From Raillietiella orientalis (lineage: Eukaryota): DNA of 64,000 bases. The first letter of the stretch is position 1. Every line of letters begins with the position of its first letter. The position numbers and the translations under genes are program-made. The stretch lies in assembly GCA_036172245.1 (NCBI GenBank), contig JAYWIR010000014.1, forward strand, positions 1,612,001 to 1,676,000. Direction: 5' to 3'. Positions 15,001 through 27,900 of this stretch are shown here, piece after piece. Under the pieces are notes generated by a model that was given only the letters and a program-made list of their open reading frames with translations, was not told the DNA's origin and did not search any database.

Positions 15001-18000
15001 CCCGCCCTCCGAACGCCTCTCTCCTCCCGCTCCGGGAATCCTCGCGAGGCTAGCTGCGCTCTCCTCCTCCGTTCCTCCGAGAAATTCGCCTTTCCGGGAT
15101 CGCGCGAGGAGGATGGAGAAACCTCCCGCTTCCCATATACGTACCGGAGCTCTCCAGGAATTCGCACCGTCGGGAGGCAATCTGTCTTGGCGCCACTTTT
15201 TCGGTCTCTCAGCGCCTCGCTTCCCGGATCCCCGCTCCCGCTCTTCCTTCGTCAACTGCAGCCCGCCGCCGAGCATTCCAAATCTGCACTGCAAATAGAA
15301 TCCTCCATCTTCAGTCCGCTCTCCCGTTTGCCAGCCTCCGCCGCCGCCTTCATCCGTCCTTCGCCCCGAAGATGCTGCGCGGGAGGCCTCTCGGGATGTG
15401 TTTCCCCTCCCTTCTCTGGAAGCCGCCCCGGGAACCCGCAGCAGCCTCCACCTGCCCGCGACGACTTGGAGCTAGCGTCGGATCGACCGAGTCGCCCCGT
15501 GCAGGGGAGGCCAAGGGACCAGGAAGTTTCCGGATAGGAAGGGAAGGGGAGGATCCTGACAAGAGCGGAAGGGCGGTCCCCGGTCCCCAGAGTCGCACTC
15601 CCTGCGGGCCATCCTCATGCCTCACCGACGTCCGGGAGGAGGGACCTTGCCCCGAAGGCACATCGAGGTCACGCACTGACTCTCTTCGACGCGATTCTAA
15701 GATCGTCGTGAGGCGGCAGCCACCGAAGGATGACCCTAGAACGCCCCCACGCACCATCGGAGACGGGCAAAGGGATCTAGGACCTTTTGGGCGCAGGACT
15801 AAAAGGAAGGGCAACTCTGCCTCCCGCAGAACAGGAAAGATGGCTCCTCCTGTCAGAAGTCTCTCTGCGCCGCTTCCGAAAGATCCCCGAGGGAAGGGAA
15901 TGAGGAACCGGGATTCCACTCCAGCAACACCCCCCCACCCTTTCCCTTTTCCGGGAGAGGCATGGAAGCTGCTTTTGCATCCGCGGGAGAGACGATTGGA
16001 GGCTCGCCCTAGGGTCCCTATATTTACAGCTGGAAAGAAGGAGCCGTGAGAAGTCCTCGCCCACCTCGGTGTCAGAATCCCCTCCTGCTGCCACTGTAAA
16101 TACCACTGGCAGTCCCCAGGAAACACGTCCTACTCTCCCCGTGAGCGCACAGAATCGGATGGAGCAAAATAAGGGAGGAAAAAAGGCGCGGCGTCCAGCC
16201 CCAGGAAGAACTCGCAGGCGTCAGGCATCTCGCTCGCCTCAGCGCCGTCCACCTCATAGGAGAACAGCAGCAGCGGCCGACCGGGAGTTAACCCGCCGAG
16301 TCGCAGGAAGAAAGAAGCCACTGGGATGCTGCATGGCGTATTAATCGATGCTTCCACCCCTGCTGCTCACCCCGAAGGACCTCTTCTCTGCAGGGTCTCC
16401 TGAAAGACGTGGAAATTTCCTCGGTTTTCACAGGCAGCTCGGCACCGTGGTCACCTGGTGACGCCGGAGGCGTTTATTCCCCGAGGAGAAGAATAAGCAG
16501 AGTAGGACATCGATCCTACGGCCGGCTTCCCGCGCTTCTGTAGAGGGTGAGTTGACCCACCGACTCACATATCAACAGGGAGAGTTGAAGGTGTGAGGGA
16601 CACAATAAATAAATAAGAGATGGAAGGGAAGGGATTACAGTTCACACTCGTTGCCTCCTGCTTTAGTGCAGTCGGCATCCTCTTTCACTCGCTTAACCAG
16701 GTGAGGTCATTTCTGACTGTTGAGGAGGAAAGGCCTGCGACCTTCGGTCCTCGCTAGCACGTGTACTGGGATTAGTAAGGGACTGGGAGGTTGGGACGGC
16801 AGGCGTGAGCCCGCCACTCGTGAAGCAGCGCCGCAGCACCTTCTGTGGGGTACCCTCAGGGAAGAGCAAAGCATCCGCGAGGCGTTTCCAACTGCTCCGA
16901 AGGGCGGTTGGAAACGTATTCGGAGCAGAAGTATGCGCGGGAACGTTCCCACTTCCCCGCACCTGGCGCAGTTCGGGGAGGTGTTTACCCCCTCCCGGCA
17001 GTCAGCATTGGTTGCACGGGAAGCCCCAGCGCGCGAAGAACAAAGACTCTTCGTGCTGCTTCACCTCACGGAGCTCTTCCTGGGTGAGGGAATGACAACG
17101 AATTCCCAGACTGGAACGCCCAGAAATTCCTCCCAGGGAGCAGTCCTTTTGCGGGTGCGCTGGTTGCCGTCGCGTCGGCCAGCTGGCCAGCGGACCGCTC
17201 GCACTCCGACGCCAATCAATCACGTGTCCCCGCAACCGAGGCGAGTTCTTTTCGCACCTCCTGCTGACTGAGTGTTTCTCCTCTTGACGGGACAGTGGTC
17301 CCTTCTTCCTCCTCCTCTATTCCTTCTCCTTCCTACTCACTCCTCCGAGCCCAAAGAAGGGAAGCCCGCAAACCGCGTGTGTCTTCGGCGGCTGCAGCGC
17401 ACCCCACCGCAAGCTGAGGAGAGTGACCCCAAAGGCAACTCGAGGAAGACTCCTTCCCGCACCCCATACCGATTGAGTGCCGCCCCCAGAGTGTGTGAGG
17501 GAGACCACGGCCTTCCAGCTCCCGATGCACAACCCAAAAGACTTGCTGAGAAGCCTCTTCATGCGTGACATGGTGGAACCTGCGGCGGCGTGAAGCTACT
17601 CCGAAAGGGGGGAACTAGATCACCACGAGAGCGCACCCCCTATCTCCTCTTTCCTGAGGGTGGCAGCAAGATAGCTACACCCCTCGAAGTGTACTCTGGA
17701 CGGAGTGCAGAGGATGCCAGCGAGGAAGGAAAGAAGTAACTCCTTCCCCTGCTCTCTCTCCAGTTGTTTTTGTTTTTGTTTTTTTCGTCTCCCTCACAAT
17801 TCACTTCCCCCCCTTCCCCCCCCCCACAACTCCTCCTTCTGCGCACCTCTCCAGACAATCTTCTTGAGAGCAGCAGCAATGCTCCTGCACACAGGAAGAA
17901 GTCGTTCCTCTTGGGCACAGGTGTCTTCTGCTGATGAATTTCTCCCCCTCCTTCTGTTGGAATGATTTTGCAACAGACGTCCTGGAGTGACCGAGTGGAC

Positions 18001-21000
18001 CAGATGGGCAAGACGTCTGCAGGGAGCGACTCTCACTTTGACTCTCATGCCCCACTTGTCTCTCCCCTCTCCCCTAAGGTGCGCGCTGTTCTTCCCGGAG
18101 TTCCAGGGACCATAGGCCAGCAGTGCCGGGACCGAGGCGACCTGTCGAAAGGATCTCCAGAGGACCACGAGAGAAGAAAAAGGGTGGGTGGATGAGGAGA
18201 GCTGAGGGCCCGCGGCAGCACATGGGAGTGCCTCCCCGTGCCGGAGTTCTCTTGCAGTCCCGCTTCGCCCGCAAGCGCCCTGATGGCTTCCCATACTCGT
18301 CCCGGCTGCCTGGGAAGAGGCAGTCCTGAACGTCCTTCACCTTAATGCCCGCCTCGGTCAGCCACCGCCCTTCCCGGCTGTTCTTCCGGAAAAGGAGACT
18401 GAAAGAGTGCTGAGACTGCTGAGAGAGTCGCTTTGTTGAAGCCGCTCAGCCGTCCTTTTCCGGGAAGGGGAAGGAGAAGAAGGAGAGGAACAAGGGAGAT
18501 GCAGAAGAGGGAGGAGTGCTGGGGAGTCGGATCTATGTGCTCTCGCCTGCGCCACCTGAGGAGCGGCTCCCGGGCTCGTGCGCCAGGCACCGTAAGGAAG
18601 GGGAAGCGGAAATGAGGGTGCAGGCGTTCAACCCTGGGAGCGCGCGGCCTCCTGGGGAGCAGTGAGACCGTCAGGAGCAAGAGAGGAGTCCTCAGTTCCC
18701 TGGGAGTGAACGGACGGGAGGTAAGGGGAGAAGGAAAGGGGAGAAGCGGTCCCGAACGCCCGATTTTCAGGGGATCCCTCCACTTCCCCTCCTTCTCCCT
18801 TATCGGGCGAATCCCGCCTACATCCCCTGCCGCACGAGGACGGACCAAGTCGACATGGACGGAAAAACGAATTTTTTCTTACCGGGAAAATTTCACGAGC
18901 AGACGGGGACGCAGGAAGGATTTTTCAGGATTCCGGCCCGGCTTTCTCCCCGCTCCAGTGCTTCCCGGAAGAGGTCGCAATTCCTGTCCGAAAGCGGTCC
19001 TGGGGACGGGGCGGGCTGAGTCGGTGAGAAGGTCGGAGGGAGCTAGGGAGGAAAGGAGGAGGCCCTCCCCTTACCAGGGGGTAGGGGAAGCTCCTGGCTC
19101 TCCCCCCCCCCTTTCCTTCTATATCTCTCCTTCCGGACTCAGATCAAGGGAGAGCAGAAGGATGTCTCGTCGCGCTCCCGGAGGAGGTTGATGCTCTCCC
19201 CTTCCAGCTCAATCCACGGAAGTCGTTTTCTGGCAGTCAGGGGAGGAGGCTGCTGAGATCCCGTCGGCAGGGGGGGAGAAGAGGGGGAGGACGCGAATGC
19301 CCGGGCGATCGCCCCGGCGATCGTCCAGGCGTGCAATCCCTTGCCTCTACGCGGGAAGCAGACGTTCCCGCAGGAGTTTCCGCGGGAACGCCGCGGGAAG
19401 CAAGCAGAGCGTCCCTCAGTTCCCAGCGCGGCGATGTCCCGGCAGCGGAGAGGCGAGAGGGGAGAGGCGGCATCAGGACGAGACGGCAGAACGCAGAGGG
19501 GTCAACGAACTCCCCCATCCCGCGGGAGGAGGGGGGGGGGGGGCTTGCAGCCGCCAATGCTTGCTCCCCCCGCCCTCCTCCCTTTGCAGGAGGAAGCACC
19601 CGAGTGGGGCTGGCAAGTCTTCTTATCCCAGGCCGTGACAGGGGGAGTCTCAGTCTCCCCTCACCTCCAACCCCACATGGAGAGGCAGATCACGGGCTTT
19701 TGGGAGGTGGAAGGGGGGGGAGCAGCACCCTCTAGGGCGTCGGGTGCGCAAGGAGAAGCGGTGCCTCCCACGGATCTCACGCGCAGGTCCTGTAGTTTCC
19801 GGCTGCAAGCGGCCGTTCCCCCTAGGAAGGAAGGGGGAGGAGCAACGGCGACGAATTCCTTTGGGGACACGAGGCATGCGGGGGGGGGAGGAGTGCATCC
19901 CGCGGAACGTGTGCGCCGCCGCCGCCGCCGCCACTCCCTCTCGGAGTTCCATCCGGGGGGAGGGGGATGGCCTTTCGCCGGAGGTCCCTGCTGAGGTCGG
20001 AGGAGGGCGGGAGCGAAGGAAGCAGAGCTTCGAGGCGGAGACTCCGTGGTTGCGACCTCGGGTTGCGCGTTCCCCCCTTCCACCCTCAACAAAACCCCTC
20101 AGTCCGCAGCTGGGTGCCGCCAGCGACGCGTGGCTCGCGGGCTCCCCTCTCCGGCCTCGGAAGGAAAAGCAGACAAGGGGAGCGGGAGGAGAGGGAGGGG
20201 AAGGGAGGGAGGGAGGAGGAGGGGAGGAGAAGGGAGAGGAAGGGCCCCTTTCCGAGATTTTGGCGCCCACTCGGAGTTGGGCGTCTGCTCCTGACCGCCA
20301 TCGATCCCGACGGTCCCCATAGCACCTCCTCAGCGTCCCCCTCCCCGAGGGCGTATGAGTAGGCGGGCGGTGAGGCACCACCTCCCTTCCGGCGCCTCAC
20401 CGCGGAGATCGCAGAGACGAAGCGAATGACCGGTGCCTTCCCCGAGGGACGCTGGAGAAGACTCGACCGGAGAATGGGAGTCCTGGATCTGTATCCTGCT
20501 GACTTCTTCCGTCTCCACTCCTCGAAGGAGCAGCTTCCACCCTGCTGCTGCTTCTCCCCTCCTGCTTCCTGGAAGCCTATCTGCGTGGGACGAGCCTGAG
20601 AGCGGCAGAATGGGGAATCAACACTTCCCTTCCCGATTTCCTCTTCTCGCTGGAGCAAGGAGGGATCCTTCCCAGCATCCCCGAGACCTTTTCCGTCCTT
20701 GATTGACTCCCTGCAGCCCCGAGGAAAAATCTCTTTCCTTTTCCCCAAAACTCCCACCCACGGGATCCGTGTGAGCACTCGCCCTCTTGGCTTCCCCTCA
20801 CGGTGACAGCGAGCCTTTCCCTCCTGAAGTGATGGTGGAACCTCCCGTCATCCCGCGCTGCCGGGGGCATCCCGCCTCCGGCAGCGGACTTCCCGATCGG
20901 CGAGCGATGAGTCCCCTTCCCTTCCCGATTTACTCTTCCCGCGGAAGCACGCAAAGGCACGAAGCTCCAGAAAGAAAGCTGAGGGGAAAAATCCCGTCAT

Positions 21001-22508
21001 CCGCTCGCCTGGAAGTGCAGGAAACTTTCCGGATCGCGGAAAGCATTCGGAAGACCCTCCGGAACGACTGCGGAGATAGGCGCTCTACATCTAGGCATTC
21101 ACCCGGAGGCAGTTTGTTCGCAGCACTAATGGAGACAAAGTTAGCGTCCAGAGCGGGGGCAGGCGTCTCCCGCTCTGGACTCTGGACTGTGCCTCCAACC
21201 ACAGTCCACAAGGAAGCTCTAGTCCTGAAGATGATGATCGCCGTTTCTGGAGCCGTCCTTCCGATAGCTCTCTGGAGTGTCCTCTTGCTCTTTCGAAGGC
21301 TTACCAAGTCCTCTGGAAATCAGAGATAAACTTGTGTCCACCGGGAAGAGGGGAGGTCCGGCACGGTATGGCGGAAAGGAACAGAGGTCGTTCCTTGATG
21401 ACGGTCTTCTTGCGCGCAGCATGGCGACGTGCGCGCTCGAGTCGCTAGTCGTGGGCCGCGTCACCAGAGGACAAAGAAACTCCCCTGCCCCGCCCCATAG
21501 AAACTCTGGAGGATCATGGACTCCTCTCATCCTCGAAGTCCCCCACTCCTCCTTCCCTTCCTCTTACTGGTCGGGACGCATCCTCCTTTGCGAGGTCATG
21601 GCAACGCGCCGCGAGCCACAGCAACACGCATCCTTCCGAAGGAATTCGGTAGAGATCCCCGCATGTATCTCGAGAAGCTAGGGTAGGGATAGCATCCCAA
21701 CAAGGGCGGCAAGTAAGGTCCATTACCTGTACTGGAAGGCAGCATCCCCGAGGAACACAAGGCACAATTCGGGGAGCGCGACCACGCTTGGGCGAAAGGT
21801 GAAGGCGCAGGCACGAAAGTAACAGGTAGATGAACTGACAGGAGCTGAACATCATATGGGACAAACCAGGGCCCGGGCTGCAGAAGAATCAGGTGAATCA
21901 GAAGCGTCAGACAGGCACAAGGAAGAGTGTCCTGGGAAAGCTTCTCCAGAATCTCATCTCCCTGAACCCCTGGAATTTCGGCGATTCTTCCAAGTCCTAG
22001 GACTGCCTCCAGAGAAACAGTTGTCAGAAGAGCTGAGGGGAAAATAAGCGGAGACTGTGGCTACAAGACCAGGTGAGTCCAACATCCAGGAACATGCCAC
22101 CTAGGTCCTCAGTTGCCGTGGGTGCCTTCCCGTCCTCCAGCACGAGGCAAGTGTTCAAGGTGGTGAGGAGTGCTCAATAGTTTCCACGAAGACTCTCATC
22201 ACACCCACATCGGCTGCCATCGATGAAATGGTCCCAGAAACGTTCAAAGATCCTTCCTTCCTCCCTTCGCCGAGCCACTCCCGTGTTCATCTTCAGGAAA
22301 ATCCAAGCTGAGGCGTAGAGGAGGTTGACGATGGCGTACGACAGAGGATGCTGGAAAGCAGCGAGCCTTCGTGTGTGCAGCATGCCTCCCTAGTCTGTCC
22401 TGGACTGAGCTGGGAGGAGACAGAAAAGGGACAAACTCAGCTTCCTTCCTCTCCGTCCTCTTCTCCCTTCCCCTCCCCTTCTCTCCACCATATCATCCAT
22501 GCCACTTG

Positions 22509-22530
22509 TAAAAAAAAAAAAAAAAAAAAA
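22509..22530. repeat. Poly(A) mononucleotide run of about 22 nt
   Basis: Read directly; no target-site duplication or retroposon body was recognised. Confidence 0.85.
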
Positions 22531-24845
22531 CATTCTTCAAAGATCGCGAAAGATCGAAGGCCACCAGGAGCAGCATCGCCAAACTCAGGTGACGCTGAAA
22601 GAAATGATGGCTGCAGCGCGTCCTCCCATTGGAATAGGTTCATGCCCCTGCCGAACCGTTTCCCTCCTGTGCCTGCAAACGGCACCCGGGAACGCATTCC
22701 CCTCTCCGCGATTTATCTTCCGGTGATCGGCCTCGCCGGATGCACGCACCTCGGTCCTTCCTCGTCAGCTCCATGGACCATGCGATCCCCCTCAGGCAGG
22801 CAGATTGCGCCGCTACGCCGCTTCTGGTCGCGTTCTTGTTTGTAGGTCCGGAATCCCAGCCGGTCCGCCTGACATCCTCGAAAAGGATGCCTCTGCAAAA
22901 GGAATCTACCACCTTTTTCCTTCGCGTCCTCTTCAAAGATCCCTCCCCCTTTTCTACCCTGTCCTTATTGCATCATCGATCGTGTTTTCGATCGGAGAGA
23001 GCCCCCCTGCCACTCGCCGACAGACAAATTTCGTTCTCGTGTTACTCGTGATTTTTTTTTTTTTTTCCTTTCCAGTGCACCCAAGCATCAAGGTCACAGA
23101 AAGTGACCCTGATGTGTGTGCATTGCGTGCAGCGAGCACGGGAAGAGCTATTTCCTTGCGAAGTCTTTGCTGGACTCGAGAAAAGCAAAAAACTCTGCTT
23201 CGGTCTCGAAAGAGCCTTCGTACGCGGATTCCCCCACCGGAAGTTATCCAAGGATCCACTCGCCTCCCCCTCCTCCTTCTCTCTTCAACCACTGATCCTT
23301 CCGAATAGGCGTTCCATCATCGGGTTAGCCCATTGCTGCTGCTTCACTCCGTTTCCCCTCTCCAGCTCTCCAAGCGGCATTTCGCGGAACTTGAAACGGA
23401 GCCGCTCGATGTTCTGAAAAATCACGGCTACCCCTTTCCTCTTCTGTGCAGAGAAATTCTTATCGTGAAAGGGAATTGCCGATGATCAGGAAACCTTTTT
23501 TTCTTTCTTTCTTTCCCCTATGAGGTTTCAGCGGGCCTTCTTTCTGCTGTTTTCGCGATCGCCATTTCTGGTTCTCCTCTCTCGCGCTCTTTTCTTCTTG
23601 TTCCCCGTGTTAGCAATCCGTGCGTTTCGTAATCCGACGGAGAGAAAAGAAAGAAAGAAACGTAATCAGCTCGTAATGGATGCGGTCAGTGTGCAGGTTC
23701 ACTGCAGCCAATCACAAGGCACGTAACCGAAAGCCTCGGAGTATATTAACCGGACCGAATTCCACATTCTCCATTTCGTGGTTTCGCAACCACCACCTGA
23801 GCGCCACTCGTGGCCCTCGGAATGTTTATTTGCCTCGATGGATTCAGGATCGATTCGGTTGCAGCAGAAGAAGCGGGAAACGAGAGAGAAAACAGGAAAG
23901 ACCGCGAAAACGAAGGTTCGTCAGCACCTCGCTTCCTTCGCCAGCTTGTTGCCCCGTTGCTTCCACTTCTGTTGCGGAGCAACGGGGCGATAAGCTGGAC
24001 CTGTTGCTCCCGCCGTGAACTTTTGTGGTGCCACTACCAGTCCCCTTTCGAGAAAAAACGCTCTCTCGAAAAGTGTTGGCAGAGAGTGCATCCTCAGCTG
24101 CTGGATCATTTCGAAACGTCATGTCGAGGAGTGCATCATGCGGGATGCCGGAAGAGAGCGGCAGACAACCCTCGACGCACTTCCCGCGAAAACTCTGCAG
24201 TCGAAAGTGCATCCGACGCTATCGCAAGTCGGGTCTCCAGTGTCGCTCCCGCGGAACGGGGAAGAGCTGCATGGACGTGGTGGTTCCAGGCTGCCTGCCT
24301 GCAGAATTCGCCCGTCGTCTTGTCGAGCTGCCTTTCCTCCCGTTCCGTTGATGAACTTTCGTTAACTCAGGAAAACTCTTGGATAGCGAAAGTGAGGAGG
24401 GAGGCTGTGGAGCGATTGTACGCCACTTAGCAGCGCTGCCGGAGAGAAAGCAACTTCTTGAAGAGTTTCCGAACCAATCATTCAGTGGGTTTCATTCGTT
24501 GCTTTGTGTCACAAATAGATAAACGCGGAGCACCAATCCTTTTTTGCTGTTTTTATCTTACCGAATTTCGAAACGGCTGTGACCACTTTTTCCTCCATGT
24601 CTTATGCTGCCAGTTTGCATTTATTGATCTCTGGAACCTCGCGTCACTCGTGGATGCAAGTCAGCGCGAGCCCTTTAGTGGAAACCTTCACCTTCACTTC
24701 TAAGCTCAGTTTCCTCCCTCTGAGAAGCGAAGGCAGCATCTCAACCACACGTCTTTGGACTCTGTCTTGTCTTCGGCTTAAGAATTGCCTGTGCAATTCT
24801 CGCTATCAGGTTTTGAAATCGATCGCACTGGTTTAATTCGATCCC

Positions 24846-24850
<5 letters not shown>

Positions 24851-24897
<47 letters not shown>

Positions 24898-24910
24898 CTC
24901 TCTCTCTCTC
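24851..24910. repeat. Compound microsatellite (TC)15(TG)8(TC)7
   Basis: Read directly from the sequence. Confidence 0.95.
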
Positions 24911-27900
24911 TTTTTTTATGTTAATGCACTAGAATCCGGGTTTTCGTGCTGATCCTTTCGGAAACCGAGGCGTTTCCAAGAAGAGGCAGTCTCGAAACAC
25001 GACGAACACAGACAGGAAATTGCTCACTTGGAAGTGAAAACACGGATATGACAGCTGCTCCGATTGAGACGGAAATCAGCTTGCACCCGGGAGAAGTTTA
25101 GATGGAGATGGAAGCTGTTTCCTGGCGGAGACAACAGTGATCCGCGCCGAAATCGAGGATTGCTGACGCTGGAACAGTGACCCACGACAGAGGCGGCAAT
25201 GATCCACGCAGGAACCAAAATCATCTGCACAGAGACAAAAGTGAACTTACACGGAGACGAGGCAGTGTACTGGGAGGCGAGAATCGTTTACACAAAGACA
25301 AAAGTGATCCAGTGGAGATGAGAGTCATCACCGAAACAACAGATCATTCATCAGCAGAAAAATCCCGATGCCAACGTGGCGTCTCCACTTCACCCCTCCT
25401 TTTTTTTTCATTCAATTTTATTTTTCAGAATCCTTTCGAAAAAATGCGATTCGTCTTCACTGAGAACTTTCGGGTGATTTTGCGATATCGAAACCAACCA
25501 CTGCGTGTTTGCAGTGCGCGTTTTGAACTCGTCTTACTGAAGCAGCGTTTTGTTTTGTTTTTTTTTTCATCTTGACGGAGTTGGCAGAGAATTTAAGTCT
25601 CTCGAGCCCTCACGGCTGACGAAGAGTTGTTGTTTTCGCTGCTTTAATTAGTTGGGGGACCTTCGCAGCAGCAACCAATAGGAAGGCAAGAGCTTAAGTA
25701 AACCAGCTCGGAGATTCCCCACAGCTGCTGAGCGAAGTGACCGGCAGGCAAGGCAAGATGATGGTGACCAGCGTTTGTTTGCTTCTCAGTAGAACGCATT
25801 TTCTTTCTTCCCCAGTTGCCCGCTTTTTTAAAGAATCAGTCAGTCGTTCTGCTTTATGTATATATATGCATACATACATAAAGCAGATTTAGCAGCAAGA
25901 ATATATATGTGTGTATTTTTGCTGGATAGCTCTAGTGGGCATGCGTGAATCCACTGGTGGATAGAGAAATTATACGTGGGCTTACGTCTCGCTATATAGA
26001 GACGGAAAGTAGAGAACGGAAGTGATACAAAGTTGCTGCTGCCCAGAGCTGCTCCCAAGTTTCCGACCCATGTAATCCGAGAGCGCCGGAACATCCCGTC
26101 TGCTTTCTCGGGTCTTACTTCCTGGTTCGTCCAGCAGAATGCCAAACATCGTTGCCATCTCTTATTGTAATGTCCCCCTCTGAGCAAATAAAGTGCTAGT
26201 TTCCTCCCACGAAGGAGAAACATTTGGGACAAGATCCCGTCCCAGCGTATGGAGCGCATTCCTCCCGAAGGTACTGATAAAAAGGGAGGTAAGAGATGTG
26301 AAGGGAAGGGTTTTTTTTTTTTTTTCCGCGAGGAGTGGAAGGCATGGAATTGAACGTCTGAGATGGTAGGAGAGAAGAAACCAAACAAGGCACCGTCATT
26401 CGCTCCTTTCAAGAAAAAGTGATGCTTCTGGAGCAAGAGTGCATTTTTTCGTGTTAGTCTGAACAACCTCAGACGGCTCAGTGATGGAATCCCAACAGAT
26501 CTACAATCCGCTAAGAACTGAATTTGGCGCATGATACTTCCTGCGATTATGTGTTAATGCAGAGAAGGATGGAAGCCGAGAGAAAAAAGCGAAGGGAAGA
26601 AAACATGCTCCAACTCCCTTGAGGTTCCTCTAGGCGTCTTCGGCCAGATCTTTCCCGACGTCTCGCAGAGCTGCTGCTAGTAAATCTCTTCTGAGGAAGA
26701 AGAAGATCCTTAGAGTGGGGGAGAAAATGAGAAGGATGAGCGGGAGGACATCGGATTTGGCCATCAAGATGAACTTGGACCTTTCCAGATTCATGTGATA
26801 TCACTCCAAGAGGCAGAAGGAATCATCAGGTGCAGCCTCCACGGCATTCTCCTCATCATTCATCCCATATTCTCCTCCCTACCAGACAAGCTCCTTGCTT
26901 GTAAATTCCCTGTCACACTTCGTCAAGATTTCTGATGTAGCACGATTATCACGAGACTCTTTGCTCACGCAGAAAGCATCATCATCCCTCCTGCCGTTCA
27001 GGAAAACATTTAAATTCCCCTTTTGAAAACTTTAAAACAACCGTTCCAACTCCTTCGACTTGGGATGGATCTCCCGTCTTACTGGGACGACACTCTTTTG
27101 GTGCTTCCTCAAAACGAAGAGGCGTTTTTGACAGGAGAGAAAGAATCTTTCTCTAATTAACTACATCCAGCAGGCACTTCCCAGATTTCTCCACCGAGAT
27201 CACAGTGGACACTGGGACCATCTCGAGATATCCTCGCAAGCAATCTTTGCAGCTCTTCCGGTGTCCAGAGACTGATCTGCTCTGGTATAGACTCCGAAAG
27301 ACGTTTCTCCCGCAATATACTGACTCAGCTTCATTTATTTATTCGTTCCTCCCACCTCCCTTCAGCCACCTTTTCTTTTGAAACCCTTCATTATTTGAAA
27401 TTCTGAACAGAGTTAGGAAGACCACTGTTTCCTAAAAGAAGTTGCGAAAAAAAGTTTTCGAAAAGAAAATCCTTCTTCCCCTCGGAGTTCAGGAGTTCCA
27501 TTCCTGTAGAAGTTCTCTTCTCCCGGTTCAGGTTCTCCACTGATCTCTTTTTTAAAGTTTGTTCTTCCATGTGATGTCAACCCTTTCATTGAAGATCCCA
27601 CTGACCTCAGGATGCTTAGCAGCAGTTTTTCTTTTAAAAGAAAAACGAAGAGACCATTCCTTCTTAAACTGTCTTATAGAGGGAACTCCCTCTAGTGCAT
27701 CCATCCGAATAGATTGCCACGGCCATGCTGTCTGCTTGAGTGTTGCCGTTCATCCTGGAGGAGTGCCCTAGGGAAATTCCCCAAACCAAGAAACAGATCA
27801 CACCTTCGACAGACCTTCTTCGGATGGGTGTGAGGGTTCTGCTCCGGTTCAGAACTTCGTGAGACTGAGTCTTCAGCTTTCCTTGTGATGCGGCGGTGTG

